NCBI GenBank assembly: GCA_963817895.1
Contig: CAWFQB010000005.1
Span: 96,001-160,000, forward strand
Length of the DNA: 64,000 bases
From: an uncultured Chthonomonadaceae bacterium
GTDB lineage: Bacteria; Armatimonadota; Chthonomonadetes; Chthonomonadales; Chthonomonadaceae
Direction of reading: 5' to 3'
Made by a program: the position numbers and the translations under genes. The notes under the pieces were generated by a model. It worked only from the letters and a program-made list of their open reading frames with translations. It made no database searches and had not been told where the DNA came from. This document shows, in pieces, positions 33,801-46,272 of this stretch (position 1 is its first letter; each line of letters opens with the position of its first letter).

Positions 33801-33854
33801 GAAAAACGGTTTGCAGCAGGCCCTCGCAAGAGCAGTAGCTGCAAACCGTTTTTC
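33801..33854. terminator. 17-bp stem hairpin, terminator-like
   Basis: gaaaaacggtttgcagc / gctgcaaaccgtttttc. Confidence 0.6.
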
Positions 33855-33893
33855 GTAATCCAGACATTAATCATGTTTATGCGGGGAGCGTGT

Positions 33894-34734
33894 ATGTCGG
33901 ATAAAGTGTTTACGCTTGCGTTCTGGATAGATTTCTGGCACGAGACGGCCAGAGACATTATTCATAGCGGGATACAGATTGTCGGGATTTTCATCGCGTA
34001 CATGGTCGTCCGGGCGGCTTTGTACCGCGTGATTGACGGGTTGCTGGCGCATGTGATGGCGCACGACGTTCGCATGGGCATTTCGGAAGAGCGGGCGGGG
34101 CGAGTGCAGACGCTGCAAGGCTTGAGTAAAAGCGTGGTCGGGTACGTGCTGTTCTTCGTCCTCGGCATCCTTCTGCTCGGCGCGGTGGGAATCCCCATTC
34201 TGCCGTTTATCACATCGGCAAGCGTGGTGGGTATCGCCGTCGGATTGGGGGCGCAAAAGCTGTTCAAGGACGTGATTTCGGGCTTCTTTATTGTGGTGGA
34301 CAACCTGTACGCGGTGGGGGAAACCGTCAATGTCGGCACGATCACGGGCGAAGTTCAGGAACTGGGGATGCGCGTCACGCGCCTGCTGGACACCAACGGC
34401 AAAACGCACCTGCTGTCCAACGGCGACATCGGCACGGTGACAAACTTGTCTCGCCATGCCATTCAGGACTTCATTGAGGTAAATCGTCGCCGCCACCGCC
34501 GACCTGAACAGGGTAGTGGAAATCTCCAATAAAACCGGCGAGAAACTATACGCGCAGCCCGGCCATACCCTCCAATCCGCGCCGAGCGTACAGGGTATTA
34601 CCGCCTTCACCGCCGCGTCCGTCACCATCCGCGTCACCGTTTGCACCGAACCCGCGACCCTGCTGCAAGAACAAATGCGCGTCCGCGCCGCTCTCCGTGA
34701 CGCCTATCTCGCCGCCGAAGTGCCGATTGCGTAG
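33894..34734 (+). CDS. MscS mechanosensitive channel (frameshift near 34485)
   Basis: GIAVGLGAQKL.KD.ISGFFI, G.V.ELG.R.T. Confidence 0.9.
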
Positions 34735-34736
34735 GG

Positions 34737-34811
34737 GAAGAAAACGGAGAAGGAGAGGAGAAAAGGAGTAGGCGCGGTTCCTAATTCTCCTCTTCTCCTT
34801 TTCTCCTTTTC
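34737..34811. repeat. Inverted tandem-array hairpin, unit GGAGAAAA/TTTTCTCC
   Basis: Lies between two convergent TAG stops. Confidence 0.85.
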
Positions 34812-35269
34812 TATTTCTTTTCTGCTGGCGCGGTAGGGGGCGGCACGGACGTAACGGGTTCGGGGTGGCCCTGATGGCACATGTAGCAGGTGGCGCGGCC
34901 ATTGAGCGATTTCTGGTGCGCGTTGAGGTCGTTGACGACGCCGATCATCTGGCGGGCGACGGCTTTCATCGGAACGTCGTCTTTGTCCCAGGCGTTGTGT
35001 TCGGCGTTGACAACGTGGCAGAAATTGCACTTCACGTTCAGAGCCGTGTTGTACTGGTGCATCAGCGGGCCTAACTGATCGGCAGGCAGGTCTTTGAGAA
35101 CTTTGATGTTCTTGTATTTTTGCGCTGCCGTTTGCTTTGCGGGCGCGTCCGGTTTCGGGGCGGGCTTGTTGTCCTGCGCCAATGCCAGCGCAGCCAACCC
35201 GATGACTGGCAGCGCCAGCAGCAAAACGCCGCCGGTCTTCATTTTGGAAGCGGAATATCGGCTTGCCAT
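34811..35269 (-). CDS. Exported di-heme c-type cytochrome
   Basis: Signal peptide; KNIKVL, CNFCH, CYMCH. Confidence 0.88.
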   Translation of the reverse strand: MASRYSASKMKTGGVLLLALPVIGLAALALAQDNKPAPKPDAPAKQTAAQKYKNIKVLKDLPADQLGPLMHQYNTALNVKCNFCHVVNAEHNAWDKDDVPMKAVARQMIGVVNDLNAHQKSLNGRATCYMCHQGHPEPVTSVPPPTAPAEKK

Positions 35270-35424
35270 GGTTTGTTCTCCTCCGAGAAGTATGAGAAAG
35301 GACGAGTGAGAATGGTTTCTCCCTCATCTTACACTATCTGCCGCATAGTATTCTGCCCATCTCCTCCATATTCCTGCTTCCGACAATATTTTCTTATCTC
35401 TTACGACTTATCCCTTTCCCCTTC

Positions 35425-38400
35425 CTAATGTATATCCACTTCGAGGCGATCCCCCGCTGTCAGCGTAAGGGGCGAGTCGAAGGTCAGGGTGACAAGGCCG
35501 TCTTTGTCCAGAACGCTGCGGCTGCCGATGGCCTTTGTGCCGACGCTGGCATGAGCGGTGAAGGTGGCGGGCAGGGCATTGTTTTCGCGGTGGGGCGGGC
35601 CTTGAACGCGCAGGGTATTCAGTGTCAGTTCGGCGCGGTTACGCAGAGATTGCAGCGCGGGCGACGCCATAAATCCAATCAGGCGATCCAGTCGGAATGT
35701 GGTAACGCCGCCACGCGCGGTAGGGCGATATTCCATGCGTCCCCAAAACGAGGGCGCGAAAATCGGCGCAATGAAACTGCGCCATGTCCCCGGAATATTG
35801 GGCGCAAGCGTCATGCGCCCCGCATTAACATCCAGCGCGAACCCTTGCAGCGCGTACAACACGTTCCAATCGGAAGCGACGGCTAAGAATGAAGGATGAA
35901 GGATGAGGGATGAGATCCATTGTCGATTGTCGGATTGTCTGATTGTCGATTGTCTCTCCTTTTCTCCTTTTCTTCCTTCTGATACTCGCATTGGATATTG
36001 CCTGGGCGAGCGCAGGACGGTAAGGCGGGCTTCATCAAGGCGGCGGAGCAGGTTTACGCCCACTTCGGGCTGATCCTGCCAGATATTGAGCGTGGCGTCG
36101 GCAAGCGTGGACGCGGGCAACAGGCAATCACGCGAGTCGGCCTCTGAGGGAAATGCGCCATCCGCGCGAATTTGCCAGGGTGGCAGAGATGTGGAAAGAG
36201 CGGGGGAGTCGTTGCGCTGTTGCAGGCTTTGCGCGGCGCGGGTCAAATGCGTGGGGGGCAGAAGCGGGCCTAAATCCAGTTGATACGCCAGCCATTGTCC
36301 CCAGAGTTGATCCGATGCGCAAACATCTGCGGGTAAAACGACATGCTGCCGCTCGGACTGCGTTTCCGGCATAACATTCTCCGCGTAAAACTCCCCGTTC
36401 CAATGCCGCGCTTCCAGGCGCGCGCTGCCGGCTTTGAAAGCCGCGTCACACTCCCGCGCCAGCCCCTCCTCGCCGCCCATCCGAGCCAGAACCGCCCCTC
36501 CGCGCAGCGCAGCCAGCCAGGTTGTAAAGGATGAAGGATGAAGGATGAAGGATGAATTTATTTTCGATTTTCGATTTTCGATTTTCGATTGAATGTCTTC
36601 TGTCTCCTTTTCTCCTTTTCTCCTTTTCTCCTCTTCTTCCTGTGCCGTGAGCAGGGCGCGGAGGGCGAGGCGTAGCGTGGGATAATGCAGTTTGAGAAAA
36701 TCGGTGTCGCCGGTCCAGAGCGCGAACTGCGTCCATTGCAGCACATACGCGGCGGTGGCTTCGAGCGGAGCAAGAGCAGGAGAGGGCGGCGGGGCCGACG
36801 GCGTGGAGGTCGAGGGCGTAGTAGCACCTTTTGGCGCGACAGTGGAACCGGTTGGATGGGGGGAACGGGTTTGTTTGCCTGGAGGGGTTGCGCCCGCGCG
36901 TGTCGCGTTCGGTTTTTCCGGGGTCAGGTTGGAAAGCAGGGTATCTGCGGTTGGCACCAGGGGAGCGCGGGGAGGATTGGGCGGACCGAGACGGCGTGAC
37001 CAATCCTCACCTGCGGGCGGAATCACCTGTCCCCTGCTGTCCTGCGTGGGGGCAAACTGCTCCAACTCCTGCGCCGCCAGTTGGGGAAAGAGGGTGAGCA
37101 GCAGGGTTTGCGCGGCCTGATGCGCCCGCGTCTCATCCCGCTCGTTTGTCCACGCGCTGCCGGAAATTGCAGCGACCGGTACGGAAGCATTTGATAGGGG
37201 CCGTTGCGTTCGTTTCGGAGGCAAGTTTCCAATGGTTCCCACAAAGGCGAATCGGCCATCCCGCGTATGCACGGTATTGGTTATCAGGGGCGCGGCGGCA
37301 TTGATGATACTCCGCGCCTGCCAGCCGGGTAAATTAGAAAACATCAGCCGCTTTTGCCACTCTTCGGTAAGTCCGTACAAACTGCGCCAATCCTCCAGCA
37401 GTTGCCGCGCCGCGTCCTGCGCGTTGGCGAAGGGAATCTCGTAGTAGTGTCCTACGTCTTCGCCGCCCGGAGTACGCAGATGTTTCAAATGCCAGCAGAT
37501 GGCAAAGGGGATTTCTGCTGTTTCGCCGGGTTTCAGCGTGAGCCGCGCAGCCACCACTGCGGCGGGGCGAGTTGCGCGGAGCGTCATGCCGGGAGCGGCA
37601 TTGGGGACGCTGCCCTCCTGTGAAAACTGGTTCCACCAGGCAGGCTGCGTATCCCCCGCGTTCCATAAGGCGGCGGTGACAGTGGCCTGCGCCCGGGCGG
37701 GATAGGCCAGCAGCGTCATTTCGGCATCCGGGTCACTGCCGGTGAGCCGCGCCCCGAAAAAACCTTCGCCACTGGGGATAATTGCCGCCTGCCCGCTTGT
37801 GCCATCGGGTTGGAGCAGCAGGCTTTCCCAGGCAAGGGCTACACTGACCTCCATTACAGCCGTACTCGGATTTTTAACGCGCATCACCATCGCCGCGCCC
37901 GGAAACGAGGAGTTTTTCAGGTCGAATGGCACAAGGGGCGAAAACGCCAGCAGCGAAACGGAAACAGGCAGGGCGGGGTCGAGAAAGGCGAGCCGCGCCT
38001 GTGGGAACAGCCCGTCGTAATCCAGATTGGCAATGTTTGGCAGATGGTACGTGGTGTTCAGGGTCAGACACGCGCGCCGAACTGCGTCCATTTGCCTGCG
38101 CCCATACCGCGCCGAAACAGCCCGGAGCGTCGCCGCCGGGATGGGACCAGTTGTTGGCAAGCGTCGCGCCCGAAACCGTTCCATCCGTAAGCAGTTGAAA
38201 CGCGCCGGCCCCGATGCCGCCCATCGGAACGCCGGAGGCCAGTTTCTGCGAATGGACAATGCCGGTGGGGGCAGTCAGGGATGAGGGATGAGGGATGAGG
38301 GATGAGGAAGGGCGTTGGATGTTCGGGGCCTGGGCGTGGGTGGGAAGCGTGGCGATGCAGGCCAGTAGCCATGCGGCGGTCAGTATCCGCAGGGTTGCTC

Positions 38401-38476
38401 GCAAAGGCGCGGCGCGAACCTTCTGGAAGGCGGGCTGACTTGCGCATAGATTATGTAAATGGTTGATTGGTTTCAC
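35425..38476 (-). CDS. GH116-like glycosyl hydrolase with three repeat-derived inserts (frameshift near 38070)
   Basis: SGVPMGGIGAG, FSPLVPFDLKNSSFP, WNGEFY, C.SDQL.GQW. Confidence 0.8.
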
Positions 38477-38652
38477 GTTGTGCTATTCTCCCCTGTTTGC
38501 CGGAACTCCTGCTCGTTTTCCAGAACGCTGCCAGAGATTGAAAACATCCGGCATGGCAGTCTGTAAATATACGTGCAGAAGCCATTGCCCATTACCGACA
38601 ATCAGAACGGTAGTTTTTGGAACACCGAATTCAACGAAAGGAGGTAATCCCG

Positions 38653-40918
38653 ATGGTATCTTCCACTTCCGCATTGTCCCTGTTTCCAGTCTGCGCCGAC
38701 AACAACGACAGCCCGCCTGCCGCCAGTCCTGAAGCCGGACGCGAACCGGATAACGCGCTCTCGTTCGCGTCCCGTCTGAATGAGCGGCGGTCCCAATTCG
38801 AGTCGGATAAAACCGCGCGTCGTCCGCTATCGCGCCTGCCGGATAATGCGGCAGACACGCAGGAACCCCAATCCGCCGACGATGCTGCGAACGCGCCCGA
38901 AACGTCCGCATCCGCCTCAGAAGCAGCGACCAGAACCCGTGACGCGGAATCTTCTGAGGAAGCTTCCGGCAAAAGCGACGATTCTGAGGACAACGATAAG
39001 AGAACCCGAACGGACAAGGCGGCGGCTCCCACTCCTGCTGCCATAGCGCCGTTGACGCCGGATGCGCTAAACGCGCCCGCGTTTCTGGCGGGGCTTACTG
39101 TCACGCCGACAGCAGCGATACCGACTGCCACGCCGGTTACGACTGTCGCGCCTTCGGGCAATACTCAGGTTATAGCGGTTGTACCGGCAAATGATAAACC
39201 CGCTTCGGCAACTACAGCCGTCGCTATTCCGCAAGTGGCAGGAGCGAACGCGGCGAATGCCAAGCCCACGCTGCCAACCGTTACCCCCCTTATCCCCACC
39301 GTTGCTATGGACTCGCGCCGCATTGAACGCGACGCCGGGAGTAGACAACGCTTCCCCGCTTGCTTCTCAATTGCCGTCCGCTTTGACGCCCCCTGTTCCA
39401 TCAGTGGCGAACGCAAACGCCAATCCTGCCGCCGTCACTACGCCCAATGTGTCCGGCGGAGCGGGCCTCAACACGATTACGCCGCAAAACCGGAATACTG
39501 TTGCCCTTCCGATTGCTGAAGCGGGGGCGCAGAACAATCCAGGCGCAGCAAACGCGGCGATAGTCACGCAACCGGTCGCTTCCGGCACGATCCAACTCCC
39601 AATCATTTCACCGTCCGGCAACTCGCAAACGCCGAAGGTGGCCGCTCCGACAATTGCAAAAACCGACGCGCCAATGACGACCGGGGCGACAGATACAGGC
39701 GCGAAAAACACAGTGCAGGCGTCCACTGACGCGGAACAAACAGCCGCTTCGGAACAGGGAAACCAGTTCGCGCAGCCGTCCGGCAAGCAAAATCTGGGGG
39801 GTATCGAACGATTGCTGACACTGAGCAACGCTAAAACCGCTCCTTCAGTTGTCGAAGATGCGACGCAAACCGGGACCGCGAAAGTTGGGCCGCAGAATAG
39901 CGTCGAGCCACAAATTGACGCTGCGCAGGGCGCTTCCACTCCGGCGACGCGCTTTGTCGCCGGTAATTCGCTTGCCGCGCAGTCCGGCGTTTCTGTCGCT
40001 GGAAACGTAACGCAATCGGGAACGCCTGCGCCAACGGCCCCTACAGCAACAATACAAACTGCCACCCCCCTTACGCTTGCTTCTGCCGATCTCAACAGCG
40101 CGGGGAAAACGGGTGTGGCTGCGCAGGCGCTGCATGGCCTGACGGGTACGCCCGGACTTAACCTTCCCGTTTCCTCATCAGCGTCCAGTTCTCAAGGGGA
40201 GAATGGAATCGCGGGGGGAAATAATTTCGCCTCCTTTGCGCAGGCTTCCACGCTTGCCAACAGCGATGCCGGGGAACAGAATGGGCAGGACGACTCGCAA
40301 TCGTCTGGCAATGAACCGGCCTTTGCCGCTGAAACCCGAAGCGCGAAAACGGCAGACGCCGCCTCGTCCGCGTCCTTTGCCATAACCCGCGCTTCCGAAG
40401 ACGCTGCCGCCCCCGCGCAATCCGCTTCTTCGGGGAACAGCAGTCCAATAGACCGCGCGCATGTCGTGGAACAGGTCACGCGCCATCTGGAAACCATGCG
40501 ACTGACGAATGACAGCGGCGAAATGCGCCTGCGCCTGAACCCGCACAATCTGGGCAGCGTACAGGTGACGATTGCCGCGCATCAGGACGGCATTGTGGCG
40601 CGTATCGCGGTGGAGTCCGCGCAGGTGCAGCAGGTGATGGAGGGCGCGAAGGAGCATCTTCGCGCCGGATTGGAAGCGCGCGGTCTGCGCGTTCAATCGT
40701 TAGAAGTGACGGTCACGCCTAACATGCTCGGCGACAATTCCGCCGCTTTTTCCGGGCAGCGTAACTGGCAAACTGCCGGGGCGCAGGACGGCGCGGCATG
40801 GCAGTCCGGCTATGGACGGCGAACCGCGCCGCAAGTGGAAGCCGTACCCCTCGCCGCGCCTGCCGCCCTTGCGTCCCGCGCCGCCCTGTCCGACTCCCGA
40901 TTAGATTGCCGCGCATAA
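38653..40918 (+). CDS. fliK: Flagellar hook-length control protein (frameshift near 39315)
   Basis: Long A/P/T-rich region, C-terminal LRLNPHNLGSV...LRAGLEARGL, directly upstream of flgD. Confidence 0.9.
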
Positions 40919-40945
40919 CATCAACCTGAAGAAAGAACCCAATCC

Positions 40946-41362
40946 ATGTCCATACATTCCATTCTTCCCACGCGGGACACGACTGCCACGACCGGCAGTG
41001 GTTTATCCGCGCAGTTGGCGCAAAATACCCTGAACCAGGCGGATTTTCTCAAACTGATGACCACGCAACTCAGCAACCAGGACCCAACCAATCCGCAGGA
41101 TCAATCGCAATTTCTGGCGCAGCTCGCCCAATTCTCTACGGTGCAGGGCGTGGATAACCTGCAAAGCAGCCAGACGCAGTCACAGGCGGCGCAATTGCTC
41201 GGCAAAACCGTGCATGGTTCCGTCGTCAGTTCCGGCGCAAATCAGGGTGTCAGCGGAACCGTCACGTCCGTGCGCTGGGATTCGGATGGCGTTCATCTCA
41301 CGCTTGACGACGCCAATAAGACAACCCTGCTGCTGGATCAGGTAAATCAAGTAGATAAATAG
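40946..41362 (+). CDS. flgD: Flagellar hook capping protein
   Basis: DFLKLMTTQLSNQDPTNP...FLAQLAQFS. Confidence 0.95.
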   Translation: MSIHSILPTRDTTATTGSGLSAQLAQNTLNQADFLKLMTTQLSNQDPTNPQDQSQFLAQLAQFSTVQGVDNLQSSQTQSQAAQLLGKTVHGSVVSSGANQGVSGTVTSVRWDSDGVHLTLDDANKTTLLLDQVNQVDK

Positions 41363-41382
41363 CCGACAGGCAGAGGTGTTTC

Positions 41383-41841
41383 ATGCCCGATCCAACGCGC
41401 ATCACAAACGCGCCCATCCCGGCGCAGACAAATCGTGTTGATACCACGAAACGCGCCAACCGACAGCCGGAAGCGGGCAATCAAACAAACGCCGGAACTG
41501 GCGCGAACGCGCCCTCTTTTGCCGAACTGCTGCGAACGCGGCAGGGAATCGCGTCCGGCGAGTCCGGTCTGCCCGCTGCGGATGCGGACGCGATTCGCTT
41601 TTCCGCGCACGCGCAGACTCGTTTGCAGTCGCGCCATATCGCGCTGCAACCCGACCATATCGCGCGTCTGCAATCGGCAGTCGGGCGGGCGGCGGCCAAA
41701 GGCAGCAAAGACGCGCTGGTGTTAATGGACGACATGGCGCTTGTCGTCAGCGTCAAAAACCGGACCGTCGTCACCGTTGTGGACAAAGACAATCTCAAGC
41801 AGAACGTGTTCACCAACATTGACAGCGCGGTGATCGCATAA
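41383..41841 (+). CDS. Flagellar operon protein (TIGR02530 family)
   Basis: FSAHAQ.RL..R, A..KG.KD.LVL, VSVKNRTVVT, VFTNIDSAV. Confidence 0.92.
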   Translation: MPDPTRITNAPIPAQTNRVDTTKRANRQPEAGNQTNAGTGANAPSFAELLRTRQGIASGESGLPAADADAIRFSAHAQTRLQSRHIALQPDHIARLQSAVGRAAAKGSKDALVLMDDMALVVSVKNRTVVTVVDKDNLKQNVFTNIDSAVIA

Positions 41842-41846
41842 CTTTT

Positions 41847-41914
41847 CAGGCTGGTCCGTACCCTTCGGGGATCGGGAGCCTGCCGCGCTTTCTCCGATTG
41901 ATTGAGGAGAAAGC
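41847..41914 (+). promoter_or_regulatory. Candidate two-hairpin RNA leader of flgE
   Basis: Stem capped by a cUUCGg tetraloop, then a 9-bp stem with a GAUUGAUUGA loop; no U tract. Confidence 0.5.
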
Positions 41915-42010
41915 TACCACTCTCTCTTTGAGCGCGATACGGCTCTCCTGTTCCCATAACTGCGGACAGGGAAAAGCCGGGACGCTCTTTCTACATGGAG
42001 GTTAAGGCTC

Positions 42011-43654
42011 ATGTTACAGGCTATGTTTTCGGGCGTCAGCGGCTTGCAGGTGCATCAGACCAAACTCGACGTTATCGGCAACAACATCGCCAACGTCAAT
42101 ACGGTCGGGTTCAAAGCGGGGCGCGTCTCATTTGAGGATCAGCTTTCGCAAACCCTCCGCGCTTCCACCGCCCCTACGGACAGCGTTGGCGGGCAGAACC
42201 CCGCGCAAATCGGGTTGGGCGTCGCCCTGGGCGCGGTAGACACGCTGCAAACGCAGGGCAACCTGCAAACAACGGGCAAACTGACCGACATGGCGATTTA
42301 GGGCAACGGCTTTTTCCTCGTCGGTTCCGGCTCGGACGTGTCGTACAGCCGCGACGGCTCTTTCGATCTGGACAGCGACGGCGTGTTGGTCAATCCAGCC
42401 AACGGCCTCAAACTGCTGGGCTATGTCGCCGATCAGAACGGCGCAATTGATACCACGACGCAGATTACCAACAACAGCGTCCTGAAAATACCCGTAGGAA
42501 CGCTCACGTCCGTCAAGCAGACAACGCAGTCCACGCTACAGGGCAATCTGGACGCCAGTTCCGCGCTGCAATCCACGCAGAGCGCGTTCACCGGCAACGT
42601 CAAGGATGATCCGACTACCATTAATACGACCGCCTACGACTCGCTTGGCAACGCCCATACGTTGACCCTGACTCTGTCGGGTAAAACCACTTCAGGCGGC
42701 AACGATACATGGAACGCGGGCGTCAACATTGACGGCACCAACGTTACGGGCAGTCCGTTCAATGTCGTGTTCAACACCGCGACCGGCGCTTATGTCACCA
42801 CAACGCTGCCAGCCACGACGGTTGTGAATGGCGCAAACGGCGCGCCCAATTTCACGCTGAAACTCAACCCGGGAGGACTGACCGGCAACGCGGCAGGATT
42901 GTCAAGCGCGACGGGCAAAACAGACGGACAAACGGGAAGCCCCCCCGTATGGAGCACATCGCTGAAAGTGTACGACAGTCTGGGCGTCAGCCATCTGCTC
43001 AACTTCAAGTTCACGCGCGATCTGGTGGGAACCGGCGCCCCGGCTTCGGCGGCAGGCCAGTGGTCATGGAAAGCAACGGAAAACGGCCAGCCGGTGGCTT
43101 CGAGCGCGGATACGGGCAACAACCCCCTGTACTTCGACAGCAATGGCAACCTGCTGGATAAGGCCAAGCAGAGCCTGAGCCTGACGCCGCCCACGCCCGG
43201 AGCCTCGCCCATCAATATGACGATGGATTTTGGAACCCTGACGCAGCTTGCCGGCGATTCCAGCGTGGCGGCGACAGTGCAGGACGGCTTCCCGGTCGGT
43301 ACGCTGCAAAGTTTCACCATTTCCGCCGAGGGCCTGATTACCGGTATTTTCACCAACGGCCAGTCGCGCAGTCTGGGACAGGTCGCCATTGCCAGCTTTT
43401 CCAACCCTGCGGGTCTGGAGAAAGTCGGCGGCAACCAGTTCAAGGAGTCGAGCAACTCCGGTCTGGCGCAAGTGGGTCCGGCGAACGCGCAGGGCCGGGG
43501 CAAGATCAATACCGGCTACGTGGAAATGTCCAACGTAGACCTGTCTACGGAGTTCACGAACCTGATCGTCACGCAGCGCGGCTTCCAGGCCAACACGAAG
43601 ATCATCACCACCATTGACGACCTGCTTCAGGAAGTGATTAACTTGAAGAGGTAA
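42011..43654 (+). CDS. flgE: Flagellar hook protein with one in-frame TAG at 42299-42301
   Basis: DVIGNNIANVNTVGFK, DMAI*GNGFF, EMSNVDLSTEFTNLIVTQRGFQAN. Confidence 0.95.
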
Positions 43655-43663
43655 TCACTAATC

Positions 43664-43755
43664 AGTAGCCAGTAGTCAGTAGTCGTTGCCGCATTACTCA
43701 AAGCCTGTCCCATCGTGGAAGCAATGAGCATGACAACTACTGACTACTGGCTACT
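43664..43755. repeat. Inverted tandem-array hairpin, unit CAGTAGT/ACTACTG
   Basis: Perfect 20-bp IR at 43664-43683 / 43736-43755. Confidence 0.9.
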
Positions 43756-45007
43756 TTTTGTACGTTTGCTTGAAGCAGGGGCAGGATTTCCTGTATTTCC
43801 GCCTGCTTATGTTTGCGCAGAACGCTACGTTGGGCGGTATTCAGAGCGGTATCGCCTTCGCTGTTTTGCGCGAGTGGATCGGCCCCATATTGAAGCAGCA
43901 GTTTCACCGCCTCTATGTGGCCGTTTGCTGTAGCCATCATCAGGGCGTTAGAAGCAGAACAGCCCTCTTCTCTCGCCATGATTTCAGCGTCGGTAAAGGT
44001 GTTGGCATCGGCTCCATGCTGAAGCAGCAACTTTACAACCTCTGCCTCGCCCCACAAACAGGCTAGCATGAGAGGCGTCCATCCACTTCGACTGCAAACA
44101 TTTGCCTGCGCCCCATGCGTCAACAGCAGCGCGACGGCTTCACGATTGCTCCGGGTACTCGATTGGACGCTTGCGGTCAGCGCGGTTGCGCCGTTGTGAC
44201 TGGCGGCGTTCGGGGCGGCTCCCTGTTCCAGAAGCAAGCGCATTACAGCAACCCACCCATACAAAGCCGCCTGTATCAGCGCGGTCCTACCGTGATGATC
44301 GGCAGCATCAACTGGAGCGCCGTTATCCAGCAAAATCCTGACCATGTCTGTATGGCCGCCGACAGCAGCCCATAACAACGCATTCGTCATCTCCTCCAGA
44401 TTCAGGTCGGCTCCGGCAGCAAGAAGCGCCTGCGCCTGGTCGCAGTCATTGAGCAGCGCGGCTTCTGCTAACCCCACGTCCGCGCCTGCCTCCAGAAGCA
44501 GGCGTACCATATCGCTCTTTACGCTCCATGTCGCCAGCATCAGCGCATTGCCGCCTTCTTCATCGCGCAGGCGCATGTCCGCCCCGTGTTCGATCAAGAC
44601 GGCAGCCACTACCACATTGCCCTGTACTGCCGCATATATCAGCGCGGTTTTTCCCACAGGCAATCCCATCCTGTTGAGAATCGTGACGGCGTTCACATTG
44701 GCGCCGGCTCCCAGGCAGCAGGCGGGCTGTCGCGCCGCTTTCCGCGTTCATCAGAGGTGTCGCGCCCGATTTTGTGGCGTGGTTCGGGTCCGCCCCGGCG
44801 TTTAGCAAAGCGCGAATTACGTCTTGGCGGTCGAACCGCGCCGCGCGATGCAGAGCCGTAAACCCAAAACGGTCAACTGTATTTCGGGTCGGCTCCCTGT
44901 TCCAGCAGAGCCAGAACGGGCGCGTCGTCGCCTTTCTTGCCGAAATGAAAGGCGATAGAAGCAAGATTGCTCGCGTCATAATCTCCAACTTTAACTATTT
45001 CTGCCAT
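43737..45007 (-). CDS. Ankyrin-repeat protein (two frameshifts near 44880 and 44720)
   Basis: Many G.TAL..A...G/LL..GA units spread over three frames. Confidence 0.85.
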
Positions 45008-45480
45008 CCCTATCCTGCCTTTATCAGCAATTCTACAATGCTTATGGACAAACCATTTGAACATTGCACAATCCTCAGTCGGCAGGACGGTTGGCCGCAG
45101 GCCTAATAACCGGCATTTTATATGCCGGGGCAGCGCGATTGTCCAATGTTATACTGATTTGTCCATTACTTGACGAAGAGATAAGCGCATTGAATTTATA
45201 GTCCCTCACATAAAGTGAGTTGTTTCCGTTCAGCGCCTACATTGGTGGCAATGCCTTACGAACCACTTGCCCCAATCCGGCGTCGCTGTCTTTAGTATGT
45301 CACGATTTCGTAATCCGTACTACAGCGTTTCCTTAAAAGTACCGAAATAATATCAGGCCCGCTTGAGTAGAATATTTGTTTTCGTCCCTTCTTTCCAAGC
45401 CATACGCAACCTTCACAGGGTTACGATGAAAAGTCATTTTCCTCATCTCTTATCCGGGCCTTTCAGGAGTGTACGCAAAC

Positions 45481-46272
45481 ATGGATTTCGCAACCGTTAT
45501 CGGTCTGCTGGTGGCGTGGGGCGCGCTGGTCGGATCGCTGCTGATGGAGGGCGGCGACGTTCGCGCGCTCATCAACATTCCCGCCGCGCTGCTGGTATTT
45601 GGCGGCACGTTGGGCGCGGCGACCATCAGTTTTCGCATGAACCAGATTATGGGCCTGCCGGACGTTCTCAAGCGGGCGTTCGACGACTCGGCGCACGATC
45701 CGGCTGAAGTGATTCGGCTATTGGTGCGCTTTGCGGAACGGGCGCGGCGCGAAGGCATGTTGGTTCTGGAAGCCGAAGCGAAGCGCGTGGACGACGCCTT
45801 TTTGCAAAAGGGCATTCGGCTCGCCATTGACGGCACAGACCCGGAAACCGTCCGCGACATTCTGGAAACGGAACTGCACTTTTTACAGTCGCGCCACAAA
45901 ACGGGGGAGAGTATTTTTATCACGCTCGGCGGATTTGCCCCCACGCTCGGCATCATCGGCACGGTCATGGGCCTGATTCACATGCTGGCGAACCTGAGCG
46001 ATCCGGGCAAAATGGGGCCATTAATCGCGGGCGCGTTTATCGCCACGCTGTATGGCGTGTCCAGCGCGAATCTGCTGTTTCTGCCGCTTGCCAACAAACT
46101 GAAAGCCCGTTCGCAGGAAGAGGTCGCCATTCGCGAAGTGATGATCGAGGGCATCTTAGCCATTCAAGCGGGCGACAACCCCCGCATGGTCGACGAAAAA
46201 CTAAAATCGTTTCTCGCCCCCCGCCTGCGCCAAACCGTGCCGAGCGTGGGAAGCGCGGTAATTACAAGGTAG
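45481..46272 (+). CDS. motA: Flagellar stator A
   Basis: AERARREG.L.LE, FLQKGI.L..DG, APTLGIIGTVMGLI, ATLYGV. Confidence 0.96.
   Translation: MDFATVIGLLVAWGALVGSLLMEGGDVRALINIPAALLVFGGTLGAATISFRMNQIMGLPDVLKRAFDDSAHDPAEVIRLLVRFAERARREGMLVLEAEAKRVDDAFLQKGIRLAIDGTDPETVRDILETELHFLQSRHKTGESIFITLGGFAPTLGIIGTVMGLIHMLANLSDPGKMGPLIAGAFIATLYGVSSANLLFLPLANKLKARSQEEVAIREVMIEGILAIQAGDNPRMVDEKLKSFLAPRLRQTVPSVGSAVITR

Noticed and set aside
34811..35269. Photosynthesis gene
   Set aside because: It resembles small reaction-centre-cytochrome-like proteins but has only two hemes and no puf/bch neighbours
42299..42301. Pyrrolysine or stop-codon reassignment
   Set aside because: TAG and TGA end many genes normally here, no pyl genes are seen, and single transitions explain both stops
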